A stretch of 64,000 nucleotides of DNA from an uncultured Acidobacteriota bacterium (GTDB taxonomy: Bacteria; Acidobacteriota; Thermoanaerobaculia; UBA5066; Gp7-AA6): positions 130,583 through 194,582 of the forward strand of contig CAVTYD010000003.1 in assembly GCA_963738945.1 (NCBI GenBank), read 5' to 3'. Both the position numbers and the translations under genes were made by a program. Below are positions 1 to 8,520 of the stretch, in pieces (within the stretch, counting starts at the first letter, position 1; each line of letters starts with the position of its first letter). The notes beneath the pieces are model-generated. The model saw only the letters and a list, made by a program, of their open reading frames with translations, searched no databases and was not told the origin of the DNA.

Positions 1-1
1 A

Positions 2-310
2 TCATGGAGAGTTTTCGGGCGGCAGCGAGCCGTGTTCCGGCGCCAGCCGAAGCCACCGCCCGAGCGCGACGGCCGCCGCGGACAGAACGACGAAGACGAG
101 GCGCGGCGGAAGACCGGGCCCGAGCGCGATCGGGACGGCCGCGATGAGCACGGCGCACCCCAGGGCATCGCCCCAGCCGAGGCGCTCGAGAAAGAACGAT
201 CGATCGGGCGGGAGAAATGCTCCGCTCGTCCCGATGCCGAGCGCCGACACGACGAAGAGCGCCGCCGCGACGACGAGAAGCGACAGGACGAAGGTCAAGG
301 AGCCGGCCAC
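2..310 (-). CDS. integral membrane protein, partial (C-terminus beyond left edge), function unknown
   Basis: ORF track 2..310(-) with GTG start at 310. Translation is dominated by hydrophobic helices ([48 protein letters not shown]). It overlaps the upstream ORF by 16 nt, so one frameshifted gene together with 295..732 cannot be excluded. Confidence 0.4.
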   Translation of the reverse strand: MAGSLTFVLSLLVVAAALFVVSALGIGTSGAFLPPDRSFFLERLGWGDALGCAVLIAAVPIALGPGLPPRLVFVVLSAAAVALGRWLRLAPEHGSLPPENSP

Positions 311-732
311 CAGAGAATGCCCTCCGGGAGACGCGTGACGGGGCCGCCGGGAGCCGGCAAGTCCCCGTACTGAGCGACGACCCAGCCCGGGGGCACGAAA
401 GGAACGTCATGGCCGCGCCGGAAATCGAAAGACACCGGCAGCGGGGCAAGGTGGTAGCTCGCGAGGTAGATGAGTGGCTCGCTTCCCGGCGTCCCGAGGA
501 TGATGATCCCCTTCGCGGATCGCGGCAGCCGCCGCCGGACGTTCTCGAGGAACGAGAAGTACCGGCGGTCGAACGCCGTTCCCGATCCGCCGAGCCGTCT
601 TACGGCGAGCTCCTTCGGGGCGAAGGCGGACAGGAAACGGACGCGGCGCGGAAGCTCGGCCCAGCTCTGGCTCGCGAGCACGAGAGCGAACAGCAGGAGA
701 GCCGCGGCTCCCGCCGCCGAGCGCCGCGTCAC
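295..732 (-). CDS. hypothetical protein with N-terminal hydrophobic anchor
   Basis: Last 145 codons of ORF-track 295..1377(-). GTG at 732-730 makes a GTGA overlap with the glyA stop (731-729). Anchor [16 protein letters not shown] is followed by a soluble-looking region. The upstream 215 codons of that ORF are out-of-frame read-through across glyA. Confidence 0.5.
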   Translation of the reverse strand: MTRRSAAGAAALLLFALVLASQSWAELPRRVRFLSAFAPKELAVRRLGGSGTAFDRRYFSFLENVRRRLPRSAKGIIILGTPGSEPLIYLASYHLAPLPVSFDFRRGHDVPFVPPGWVVAQYGDLPAPGGPVTRLPEGILWWPAP

Positions 733-2012
733 ACCAGCGGGTACGCGGCGCAGAGCTCCGCGACGGTGCGGCGCGCCTCGTCCAGGGCGGCGGCGTCCTC
801 GCCGGCGTCGAGCACGCGGGCGATCGCGCCGGCAATCGTCTCCATCTCGCCCGGGCCCATGCCCCGGGTCGTCACCGCCGGCGTTCCGAGTCGAATTCCG
901 GAGGCGACCATCGGCGAGCGCGTGTCGAAGGGAATCGTGTTCTTGTTCACGGTGATCCCGGCGAGATCGAGCCGCTTCTCGGCGTCCTTGCCGGAGATTC
1001 CGCGCGCTCCGACGTCCACCATCATCACGTGATTGTCGGTGCCGCCCGAGACGAGGCGGAAGCCGCGCCGCGAGAGCGCGGCCGCCAGGGCCCGGGCGTT
1101 CTCGACGACGCGCTCCTGGTACGCCACGAACTCCGGAGTCGCCGCCTCGGCGAAGGCCACCGCCTTTGCGGCGATCACGTGCTCGAGCGGACCTCCCTGG
1201 ACCCCGGGGAACACGCTGCGGTCGAGGTCCTTCGCGTGCGCGCTCCGGCAGAGCACGAGGCCGCCCCGCGGGCCTCGCAGCGTCTTGTGGGTCGTCGTCG
1301 TCACGAAGGGCGCGTGCGGCACCGGGGAGGGGTGCAGGCCGGCGATCACCAGGCCCGCGATGTGGGCGATGTCGCACATCAGCACCGCGCCGACCTCGTC
1401 GGCGACGGCCCCGAAGCGGGCGAAATCGATCACGCGCGCATAGGCCGACGCCCCGGCGATGATCAGCTTCGGGCGATGCTCGCGCGCCAGGGCCGCCATG
1501 GCGTCGTAGTCGATGCGCTCGTCCTCGCGGCGCACGCCGTAGGCCACGACCCTGTATTCGCGGCCCGAGAACGACAGGGGATGTCCGTGCGTCAGGTGGC
1601 CGCCGTGCGTCAGGTCCATCCCCAGGATCGTGTCGCCGGGCTTCAGCGCGGTCAGGTAGACGGACATGTTCGCCTGCGAGCCCGAGTGCGGCTGGACGTT
1701 GGCGTGGTCGGCCCCGAAGAGCGCTTTCGCACGGTCGATCGCGAGCTGCTCGACCTTGTCCACGAACTCGCAGCCGCCGTAGTAGCGCTTCCCGGGATAG
1801 CCCTCGGCGTACTTGTTCGTCAGGACGGAGCCCTGGGCTTCGCGCACGGCCCGCGAGACCCAGTTCTCGGAGGCGATCAGCTCGAGTCCCTCGTTCTGCC
1901 GGCGCGCTTCGGCGGCGATCCAGCGGGCGATCTCGGGGTCGACCGCGTCGAGGTCACGGTCCATCAACGAGGCGGGGGCGGCCGCAGCACGGGACATCGG
2001 CTCCTCTTTCAT
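729..2012 (-). CDS. glyA: serine hydroxymethyltransferase
   Basis: 427-aa ORF with hallmark SHMT sequence ([42 protein letters not shown] carrying the PLP lysine). Confidence 0.95.
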   Translation of the reverse strand: MKEEPMSRAAAAPASLMDRDLDAVDPEIARWIAAEARRQNEGLELIASENWVSRAVREAQGSVLTNKYAEGYPGKRYYGGCEFVDKVEQLAIDRAKALFGADHANVQPHSGSQANMSVYLTALKPGDTILGMDLTHGGHLTHGHPLSFSGREYRVVAYGVRREDERIDYDAMAALAREHRPKLIIAGASAYARVIDFARFGAVADEVGAVLMCDIAHIAGLVIAGLHPSPVPHAPFVTTTTHKTLRGPRGGLVLCRSAHAKDLDRSVFPGVQGGPLEHVIAAKAVAFAEAATPEFVAYQERVVENARALAAALSRRGFRLVSGGTDNHVMMVDVGARGISGKDAEKRLDLAGITVNKNTIPFDTRSPMVASGIRLGTPAVTTRGMGPGEMETIAGAIARVLDAGEDAAALDEARRTVAELCAAYPLV

Positions 2013-2019
2013 CTGCCGT

Positions 2020-3294
2020 CTACTCGACGACGAGCTCGCGGTACTCGGAGTTGCAGTAGCTGTCGGTCATGCCGGCGATGTGGTCGGCCATCGCGCGATA
2101 GAACGCGGGCCGCGGTCGGTAGTGATCCGCCACTTCGCGATCCACGGCGCCGAGAGACACCTCGCGAAGGAAGCGCACGCCCAGATCGTGCTGAAGGCCC
2201 CGGAGGACGTCGTCGGGAAGGAGCCGCGGGTTGTCGCGATAGGCCTGGAACAGGCCGGCGAGGACGCGGCGCGCGTGGCCGTCGTGCCGCGAGACCGGGA
2301 AGGAGTGGATGATGTGGCGGTACACGAACTCGCGCAGCTCCGCGTACAGCCGGCGTCCGGACTCGGTGAAGCCGACCAGATCGCCCGGCAGCCGGTCCCG
2401 ACGGGCGTAGAAGTCGTCGGCCGTCGCGACCCCGGACGACCCGAGCCATCGTTCGATTCGGGCGCGGGATCCTTCCACGAGGTCCGCGGAAAGCGTGGCG
2501 ATCATCCCGCGGATCAGCGAGGAGCGGCGCGACGCGGCGTCGCTCCCGTAGCCCCGCGACGACCGCACGAGCCGGGCGATCGCCAGCTCCTCGATCGCCG
2601 CTTCTTCCGTGAGGGGCAGGCCGTCCTCGAGATCGTGGGTCTGCTGGGCGATCTCGTCCGACCAGTTGACCGCCTGCGCCTCGAGCGTTCCGCCGGACTC
2701 GAACCGCAGGCCGTCCACGAAATCGAGCGGGAACGGAAAGTCCTTCGGCCACGCCGTGTGCTTGAGCATCCCCTCGCGCACGTCGTGGGTGAGGTTCAGG
2801 CCCGGCTCCTCGTAGCGCTTCTCGAGCCGGTCCACGACGCGCACGGACTGGAAGTTGTGCTTGAAGCCGCCGGCCTCCGGGTGACTCTCGCGCAGGAGCC
2901 GGTCGAGCACGTACTCGCCCGAGTGGCCGAACGGCGTGTGGCCGAGGTCGTGGCCGAGGGCGATCGCTTCGGTCAGGTCCTCGTTCAGACCCAGCGCCCG
3001 GGCGACGCTGCGGGCGATCTGCGCGACCTCGATCGTATGGGTCAGGCGCGTGCGGAAGTGATCGCCCTCGTACGGGATGAAGACCTGGGTCTTGTGCTTC
3101 AGGCGCCGGAAGGCGCGGGAGTGGATGATCCGGTCGCGGTCGCGGGCGTAGTCGGTGCGCGCATCGCCCGGATTCGAGGGGGCCGCGCCGCGCGGCCGGA
3201 TCGCTCGGGCGCTCTTCGAAGCGTAGATCGCCAGCCGCTCCTCTTCGAGCCGCTCGAAGTGCTCCCGCGTGATCGGGGCGACGACCGTGGTCAT
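2020..3294 (-). CDS. dgt: dGTP triphosphohydrolase-like HD-domain phosphohydrolase
   Basis: C-terminal 424 codons of the 1147-aa ORF 2020..5463. HD motif region [47 protein letters not shown] at 3294 forms an ATGA overlap with the folC stop at 3291-3293. Confidence 0.9.
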   Translation of the reverse strand: MTTVVAPITREHFERLEEERLAIYASKSARAIRPRGAAPSNPGDARTDYARDRDRIIHSRAFRRLKHKTQVFIPYEGDHFRTRLTHTIEVAQIARSVARALGLNEDLTEAIALGHDLGHTPFGHSGEYVLDRLLRESHPEAGGFKHNFQSVRVVDRLEKRYEEPGLNLTHDVREGMLKHTAWPKDFPFPLDFVDGLRFESGGTLEAQAVNWSDEIAQQTHDLEDGLPLTEEAAIEELAIARLVRSSRGYGSDAASRRSSLIRGMIATLSADLVEGSRARIERWLGSSGVATADDFYARRDRLPGDLVGFTESGRRLYAELREFVYRHIIHSFPVSRHDGHARRVLAGLFQAYRDNPRLLPDDVLRGLQHDLGVRFLREVSLGAVDREVADHYRPRPAFYRAMADHIAGMTDSYCNSEYRELVVE

Positions 3295-4601
3295 GAGCCC
3301 TTTCCGCCGTACCGGCCGGAGTGAAGCAGCGAGCGCGCCTCGCCGACGAGGTACAGAGATCCCGCGACGATTATAGATTCGGCCGCGGGAAGGCCGAGCA
3401 GCTCGTCGAGCGCGGCCGCGAGGCTCGGCGCCGCGCGCGCGTCGGGACGTCCGGGCGAGAACCGGCGAACGAGCTCTTCGGGCGGCGCCGCGCGCGGCGA
3501 GTCCGACGCCGGCACGAACCGGATGCGCTCGACGGCGGGAGCGAGCGCCCGGCCCATCGTCTCGACGTCCTTGTCCGACATCGCGCCGAAGACGAGGTCG
3601 GCCTTCAAACCGGAGTCGGCGAGAAAGCGCACGAGGGCGAGCGCGCCGTCGGCGTTGTGACACCCGTCCAGGAGCACGGTCCGGCCGCGGACGGAGAATC
3701 GCTCGAGGCGGCCCGGCCAGCGGACCGAGGCGACTCCCCGTTCGACGACGCCCGGCCCGAGCCGGATCGGCGGCCCGAGCAGCTCGGCCGCGCGGACCGC
3801 CGCGGCGGCATTCTCCGCCTGGTGCGACCCGGGAAGGGGCGTCGTCAGCGCATACCTCCCCTGCGGCGTCATGAGCTCGACGCGGGTCCCCGCGGTCGAC
3901 ACGGTCTCGGCCGCGAAGCGGACCTCGTCCGCGAGCCGGTGCAGGCGCGTCCCCGTCCGCGCCGCGACCTCGTCGAAGACGGCGAGCGCTTCGGGCCGCC
4001 GGCTCGCCACGAGCGCGGGCCGGTTCGCGCGAAAGACGCCGGCCTTCTCGAAGGCGATCGACGCGATCGTCCCGCCGAGCTCCTCGACGTGGTCGAGCGA
4101 GATCGACGTCACCACCGAGAGGACCGCCGGCGCGACGTTGGTCGCGTCGAAGCGTCCGCCGAGCCCGACCTCGAGCACGGCCAGATCCAGGCCTCGCCGG
4201 GCGAAGGCCGTGAAGGCGGCGGCGGTCATGGCTTCGAAGTACGTCAGGGGAATCGGCGTCTCCCGGTCGGCGGCTGCGAACACTTCGCCGAGCTCGGCAT
4301 CGAGCGCTTCGGGAGCGATGTCCTCGGCCCCGAGGCGGATGCGCTCGGTCGCGCTCTCCAGGTGCGGAGACGTGTACAACCCGGCCGCGAGCCCGGCGGA
4401 CCCGGCGATCGAGGCGAGCGTGGCCGCGGTCGAGCCCTTTCCGTTGGTGCCGGCCACGAGCACCGAAGGCACCCGCCGCTCGGGCCGCCCGAGCCGCTCG
4501 CAGACCGCGTCGATCGACGCCAGCCCGAGGCGGATGCCCCTCTGCCCGAGCGACTCGAGGCGGGAGAGGTGCGGAAGGGAGGGTCCGGGAGCGGGGCGCA
4601 A
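3291..4601 (-). CDS. folC: bifunctional folylpolyglutamate synthase / dihydrofolate synthase
   Basis: 436-aa ORF with TTG start. Mur-ligase-type ATP site VLVAGTNGKGST. Length and order are typical of FolC, directly downstream of accD as in many bacteria. Confidence 0.9.
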   Translation of the reverse strand: MRPAPGPSLPHLSRLESLGQRGIRLGLASIDAVCERLGRPERRVPSVLVAGTNGKGSTAATLASIAGSAGLAAGLYTSPHLESATERIRLGAEDIAPEALDAELGEVFAAADRETPIPLTYFEAMTAAAFTAFARRGLDLAVLEVGLGGRFDATNVAPAVLSVVTSISLDHVEELGGTIASIAFEKAGVFRANRPALVASRRPEALAVFDEVAARTGTRLHRLADEVRFAAETVSTAGTRVELMTPQGRYALTTPLPGSHQAENAAAAVRAAELLGPPIRLGPGVVERGVASVRWPGRLERFSVRGRTVLLDGCHNADGALALVRFLADSGLKADLVFGAMSDKDVETMGRALAPAVERIRFVPASDSPRAAPPEELVRRFSPGRPDARAAPSLAAALDELLGLPAAESIIVAGSLYLVGEARSLLHSGRYGGKGS

Positions 4602-4607
4602 GCCGGT

Positions 4608-5465
4608 TCAGGCGGCGGGCCGTCCGTCCCACATCAGGGCGAGGCACCGGGCGAGCGTCGCCTTCATCTCGGACCGGTCCACGATGAGGTCGAGCATCCC
4701 GTGCTCGAGCAGAAACTCGGAGCGCTGGAACCCTTCCGGAAGCGTCTGGCGGATCGTCTGCTCGATCACGCGCGGGCCCGCGAAGCCGATGAGGGCGTTC
4801 GGCTCCGCAACGTTCAGGTCGCCGAGCATCGCGTAGGAGGCCGTCACCCCGCCCGTCGTCGGGTCGGTCATGATCGAAACGTACGGGATCCGCGCTTCCG
4901 ACAGCCGCGCGAGCGCGGCCGAGATCTTCCCCATCTGCATGAGGGAGAGGATTCCCTCCTGCATGCGCGCTCCCCCGGAGGTCGAAACGAGCAGCAGCGG
5001 CCGGCGCTCGTCCAGGGCCCGTTCGGCCGCGCGCGTCACCTTCTCTCCCACGACCGAGCCCATGGAGCCCGCCATGAAGAAGAACTCCATCGCGCCGATG
5101 AGGACCGGGATGCCCTCGAGGGTGCCCGAGCCGACGACGATGGCATCCGAAGTGCCGACGTTCTCTTCGGCGTCCCGCAGCCGGTCGCGATACTTCTTGC
5201 TGTCCCGGAACTTGAGCGGATCGGAGGAGCGCAGGTTGGCGTCGAGCTCGACCCATTCGCCGTCGTCGAAGAGCATCCGCAGCCGCTCGGGAGCCGACAG
5301 GCGAAAGTGGAAGTTGCACTTGGGACAGATCTTGAAGTTCCGGGCGAGCTCCTTGTTGTAGAGGATCTGGCGGCAGTGGTCGCACTTGACCCACAGCCCC
5401 TCCGGAACCTTGCTCTGCCGCCCCTCCCGGATCTCCTTGGGCGCCCGATCCTTCCTGAACCACAT
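4608..5465 (-). CDS. accD: acetyl-CoA carboxylase carboxyltransferase subunit beta
   Basis: 285-aa ORF. N-terminal zinc ribbon (CDHCRQ...CPKCNFHFR) followed by the carboxyltransferase domain (GGARMQEG). Confidence 0.95.
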   Translation of the reverse strand: MWFRKDRAPKEIREGRQSKVPEGLWVKCDHCRQILYNKELARNFKICPKCNFHFRLSAPERLRMLFDDGEWVELDANLRSSDPLKFRDSKKYRDRLRDAEENVGTSDAIVVGSGTLEGIPVLIGAMEFFFMAGSMGSVVGEKVTRAAERALDERRPLLLVSTSGGARMQEGILSLMQMGKISAALARLSEARIPYVSIMTDPTTGGVTASYAMLGDLNVAEPNALIGFAGPRVIEQTIRQTLPEGFQRSEFLLEHGMLDLIVDRSEMKATLARCLALMWDGRPAA

Positions 5466-5540
5466 GGGGGGCAGGATGGTAGCAGGATTGTCGCCGCCGC
5501 GACGCGGGCCCCTTCCCGAAGGGGCGGACCCGGGAGCGAC

Positions 5541-6356
5541 TCAGACGTTCGGAAGACCCTCCGGGAGGACGTCGCTCGTCAACCCGAACCCCGACCCCCG
5601 CCGCTCGAAGGGCGTTCCGAAGGCGCGGGAGAGGTTCTCCGGCGTCAGGACGTCGTCACGGGGACCCTCGGCGATCGTCCGCCCGGCCCGCAGGAGCAGG
5701 ACCGAGCTCGACAGCCGCGCGGCCAGACCGATCTCGTGTGTGACCAGGAGGACCGTCGTGCCGCGCTCGCGGTGCACGCGCCAGAGCGTCTCCAGAAACT
5801 CCAGCCGATGCCGGGGATCGAGCCCGGCCGTCGGTTCGTCGAGCAGCCAGACCTCGGCTTCCTGGGCGAGCGCCCGCGCGAGAAACACGCGGCGCCGCTC
5901 GCCGCCCGACAGGGCCCGGGCGTCGCGCTCGGCGAGCGAGGCGACGTCGCAGGCACTCATGGCCTCCAGAGCCAGGTGCCGATCCTCGGGCGATTCCGCG
6001 GCGAATCCACGGCTGTGCGGGGCGCGGCCCTGCAGCACCAGGTCGAGGCTTCGGATCGGAAACACCAGGTCCATGGTCTGGGGAACGTAGGCGATGCGCC
6101 GTGCGGACGTGCGCCGGGGAATCGTCGAGAGCGGGACGCCGTCGAGGAGGAGCTCGCCGCCCGAGGAAGGCAGCACGCGGGCGAGGACCTTCAGCAGCGT
6201 GGACTTGCCCGACCCGTTTTCCCCGAGCACCGCGACGACCGCGCCCGCGGGAATCGACGCGTCGAGACCCTCGAGCGCCGGCGTGGCGCCGTAGCGCGCG
6301 CGAAGGTCGCGAGCCTCGATTCGGGCCGGAGTCACGGCGTCCTCAGAAGCAGCCAC
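5541..6356 (-). CDS. ABC transporter ATP-binding protein (iron-siderophore/cobalamin FecE/BtuD type)
   Basis: Walker A GENGSGKST, signature LSGGERRR, Walker B VWLLDEPT. An alternative GTG start at 6335 would give a GTGA overlap with the permease stop (6332-6334). Confidence 0.9.
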   Translation of the reverse strand: MAASEDAVTPARIEARDLRARYGATPALEGLDASIPAGAVVAVLGENGSGKSTLLKVLARVLPSSGGELLLDGVPLSTIPRRTSARRIAYVPQTMDLVFPIRSLDLVLQGRAPHSRGFAAESPEDRHLALEAMSACDVASLAERDARALSGGERRRVFLARALAQEAEVWLLDEPTAGLDPRHRLEFLETLWRVHRERGTTVLLVTHEIGLAARLSSSVLLLRAGRTIAEGPRDDVLTPENLSRAFGTPFERRGSGFGLTSDVLPEGLPNV

Positions 6357-7306
6357 GCGAAGAGCGGCGCGCCGAGAGCCGCGGTAATGGCACCGATCGG
6401 GAGCTCGGCCGGCGCCAGCGCCGCCCGCGAAACGGCGTCCGCGGCCACGAGGAGAGCCGCGCCCGCCAGGGCCGAGAGCGGCAGGAGGGTGCGCTGGTCG
6501 TTTCCCGCGACCGCACGCACGCCGTGCGGCACGAGGAGCCCGACGAATCCGATGACGCCGGCGAAGGCGACCGCCGCGCCGGTCAGGAGCGACGCGGCGA
6601 GGAAGACGACGCGCTTGGTCTTCTCGGTATCGACGCCGAGTGCCGCCGCGCTCTCCTCCCCGACGGCAAAGAGGTTCAGACGCGCCGAGGCCGCGAGGAG
6701 CACCAGCAGCCCCGCCGCGGCATAGGGAGCGAGGGCGCCGACCTTGCCCGGCGTCGCGTCGGACAGGCTCCCCATCATCCAGAAGAGCATCGTGCGCGAG
6801 GCCTCGCCCGAGGCGATCGAGAAGGCCGCGAGCAGGAGAGCCGAGAAGAACGCGTTCGCAATCAGGCCCGAGAGCAGCAGGCGCTCGAGGTCGAGCCTTC
6901 CGCCGCGGCGCGCCATCGCGGCGACTCCGACCGAGGCGGCGGCCGCACCCAGGAATGCCGCCGCCGGCGAGACGAGCGGCGAGGCGCCCGCCAGGGCCGC
7001 CCCGGCCGCTCCCACGGCGGCGCCGCCGGACGTGCCGAGCAGGAAGGGGTCGGCGAGCGGATTCTTGAGCAGGGCCTGCAGCGCGGCGCCGGCGAGCGCG
7101 AGGCAGGCGCCCACGAGCGCCGCGAGCAGGACCCTCGGCCAGCGCAGGGCCGCCAGCATCCGCGCGGTCTCCCCCGCCTCGCCGCCGCCGCTCACGAGAT
7201 CCCCGAGCGAGAGGTGGACGCCGCCGACCGAGAACGCGACCAGGACGACCCCGGCGAGGACGAGCGCGCCGGCCGCCAGCGCGGGCCCCCGGGCCAGCGT
7301 CTTCAC
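6332..7306 (-). CDS. FecCD/BtuC-family ABC permease
   Basis: Last 324 codons of ORF 6332..7630. Multi-TM FecCD-like sequence (LLGTSGGAAVGA, LLTGAAVAFAGVIGFVGLLVPH). GTG at 7306 gives a GTGA overlap with the upstream binding-protein stop (7303-7305). Confidence 0.9.
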   Translation of the reverse strand: MKTLARGPALAAGALVLAGVVLVAFSVGGVHLSLGDLVSGGGEAGETARMLAALRWPRVLLAALVGACLALAGAALQALLKNPLADPFLLGTSGGAAVGAAGAALAGASPLVSPAAAFLGAAAASVGVAAMARRGGRLDLERLLLSGLIANAFFSALLLAAFSIASGEASRTMLFWMMGSLSDATPGKVGALAPYAAAGLLVLLAASARLNLFAVGEESAAALGVDTEKTKRVVFLAASLLTGAAVAFAGVIGFVGLLVPHGVRAVAGNDQRTLLPLSALAGAALLVAADAVSRAALAPAELPIGAITAALGAPLFAWLLLRTP

Positions 7307-8169
7307 CGGGACATCCCGGCCAGGCGCTCGAGCACGTCGAAGACGCGCGGACCGGGCCGGGTCAGAGCGGCCTCGTCCAGCCGCACGCGGCGGGCCTTCG
7401 CGATCGGCCCCGAGGCGAGGGTTCCCCCCGGCGCGAAGGCGGTCTTCCAGGCGGCCTTCGCTTCGATCGACTCCGGAATCACGAGCAGCTCGACGGGCGC
7501 GGTCGCGACATATTCCTTCGAGAGCACGGGCCACCCGCGGCGGTCCGCGACCAGATTCTGTACGCCGGCCTCCTCGAGGACATCGTTCAGGAACGTCTGC
7601 CCTCCCGCCGCCTGAGGCGGGTCGGGCCACACGAGCATCAGCGCTCTCGGCCGGGGCCGCCCCGCGACGCTCTTTCGGACGGCTTCGCGGCGGCGCTCGA
7701 GATCGTCGCTCAAGCGGCGGCCCGCCTCGGGAATTCCGAGCCGGTCCGCGACGAGCCGGATGCTCTCGAGCACGGCGTCGAGCGAGCCCGACGGCGTCAC
7801 CGTCACGGGAAGGCCGGCGGCTTGCAGCGCTCGGACCGAGCCCTGCGCATTGCCTTCGGCGATGGCCAGAACGAGGTCCGGTCTCAGCGCGGCCACCTTC
7901 TCGGCATCCACCTGCAGGCCGCCGACCCGGGGAATCCGGCGCGCGGCCTCGGGATAGTCGGAATACTCCGACACGCCGACGAGCCGGTCTCCCGCGCCGA
8001 GGGCGAACACGATTTCGGTCAGGTTCGGAGCGAGCGTGACGACGCGCCGGGGACTGCCGGGAGCCGGAGCCGCGGGGCCGGACCCGCGACAGGCGAGAAG
8101 CCCGGCGGCGAGGAGGAGACTCGCGGCGAGCGGTCGCGGCGCGACCGGCGACCGGGAGCCCTCAGACAT
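7303..8169 (-). CDS. periplasmic substrate-binding lipoprotein (BtuF/FhuD-type) of the ABC importer
   Basis: ORF 7303..8259, with the start taken at the internal ATG 8169. This gives a lipoprotein signal (LLLAAGLLAC), then RVVTLAPNLTEIVFALGAGDRLVGVS, typical of the class III periplasmic binding fold. Confidence 0.85.
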   Translation of the reverse strand: MSEGSRSPVAPRPLAASLLLAAGLLACRGSGPAAPAPGSPRRVVTLAPNLTEIVFALGAGDRLVGVSEYSDYPEAARRIPRVGGLQVDAEKVAALRPDLVLAIAEGNAQGSVRALQAAGLPVTVTPSGSLDAVLESIRLVADRLGIPEAGRRLSDDLERRREAVRKSVAGRPRPRALMLVWPDPPQAAGGQTFLNDVLEEAGVQNLVADRRGWPVLSKEYVATAPVELLVIPESIEAKAAWKTAFAPGGTLASGPIAKARRVRLDEAALTRPGPRVFDVLERLAGMSR

Positions 8170-8268
8170 TTCGAGCGGCGCTCGACGCGCCGACCGGTGG
8201 TGGAACGCTTCCGGAGAGTCGCTCCGACCTCGTGACGATGCCGCCGCGGCCCTCGCCACGAGAATCCA

Positions 8269-8493
8269 TCAACCCTGCGATTCGGCCTCTTCCAGCTCGT
8301 TGCGGACGCCGAGGCGCTGACACGCCGCGTCGTACATCTGGCGCGCCGCCTTCTGCGCGTTCTGAAGCTCGGCCAGCCGGTCCTTGACCTTCGCCAGCTC
8401 CTCCTGGATCTCGCCTTCGAGCTCCTGGATCTCCTTCTTGGTGACGTTCAGCGTGTTTTCGTAGAACTTCTTCTGATCGTTCGAAAGGGACAT
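8269..8493 (-). CDS. small coiled-coil protein (74 aa), function unknown
   Basis: High-GC3 ORF with an AGGAGG SD upstream of the ATG. The sequence is heptad-like and charged (KKEIQELEGEIQEELAKVKDRLAELQNAQKAARQ). It lies 27 nt downstream of the kinase gene on the same strand. Confidence 0.6.
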   Translation of the reverse strand: MSLSNDQKKFYENTLNVTKKEIQELEGEIQEELAKVKDRLAELQNAQKAARQMYDAACQRLGVRNELEEAESQG

Positions 8494-8520
8494 GCCGGTT
8501 GCCTCCTGTCCGTCGGGTTC

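Noticed and set aside
2020-5463. Giant same-strand ORFs (2020..5463 1147 aa, 36878..39094 738 aa, 55895..58552 885 aa, 57553..59268 571 aa, 38110..39993 627 aa) taken at face value as single large proteins.
   Set aside because: Only the C-terminal part of each is protein-like. The N-terminal extensions run out of frame through the upstream genes (folC/accD, gatB, CoA transferase and others) and are junk. The true starts are marked by ATGA/GTGA overlaps or SD sequences.
3321-6725. Very long ORFs on the opposite strand or in other frames of recognised genes. Examples: 3321..6725(+) 1134 aa, 1029..2312(+), 9511..11418(+), 13946..15328(-), 15438..16733(-), 18038..19804(+), 25139..27184(+), 28343..30307(+), 32891..34795(+), 43862..45178(-), 46958..49201(+), 51107..53038(+).
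   Set aside because: Their translations are Arg/Gly/Pro/Asp-rich low-complexity strings with no motifs. Each one mirrors a gene with clear family signatures on the other strand or frame. Stop-poor shadow frames are expected at this GC content.
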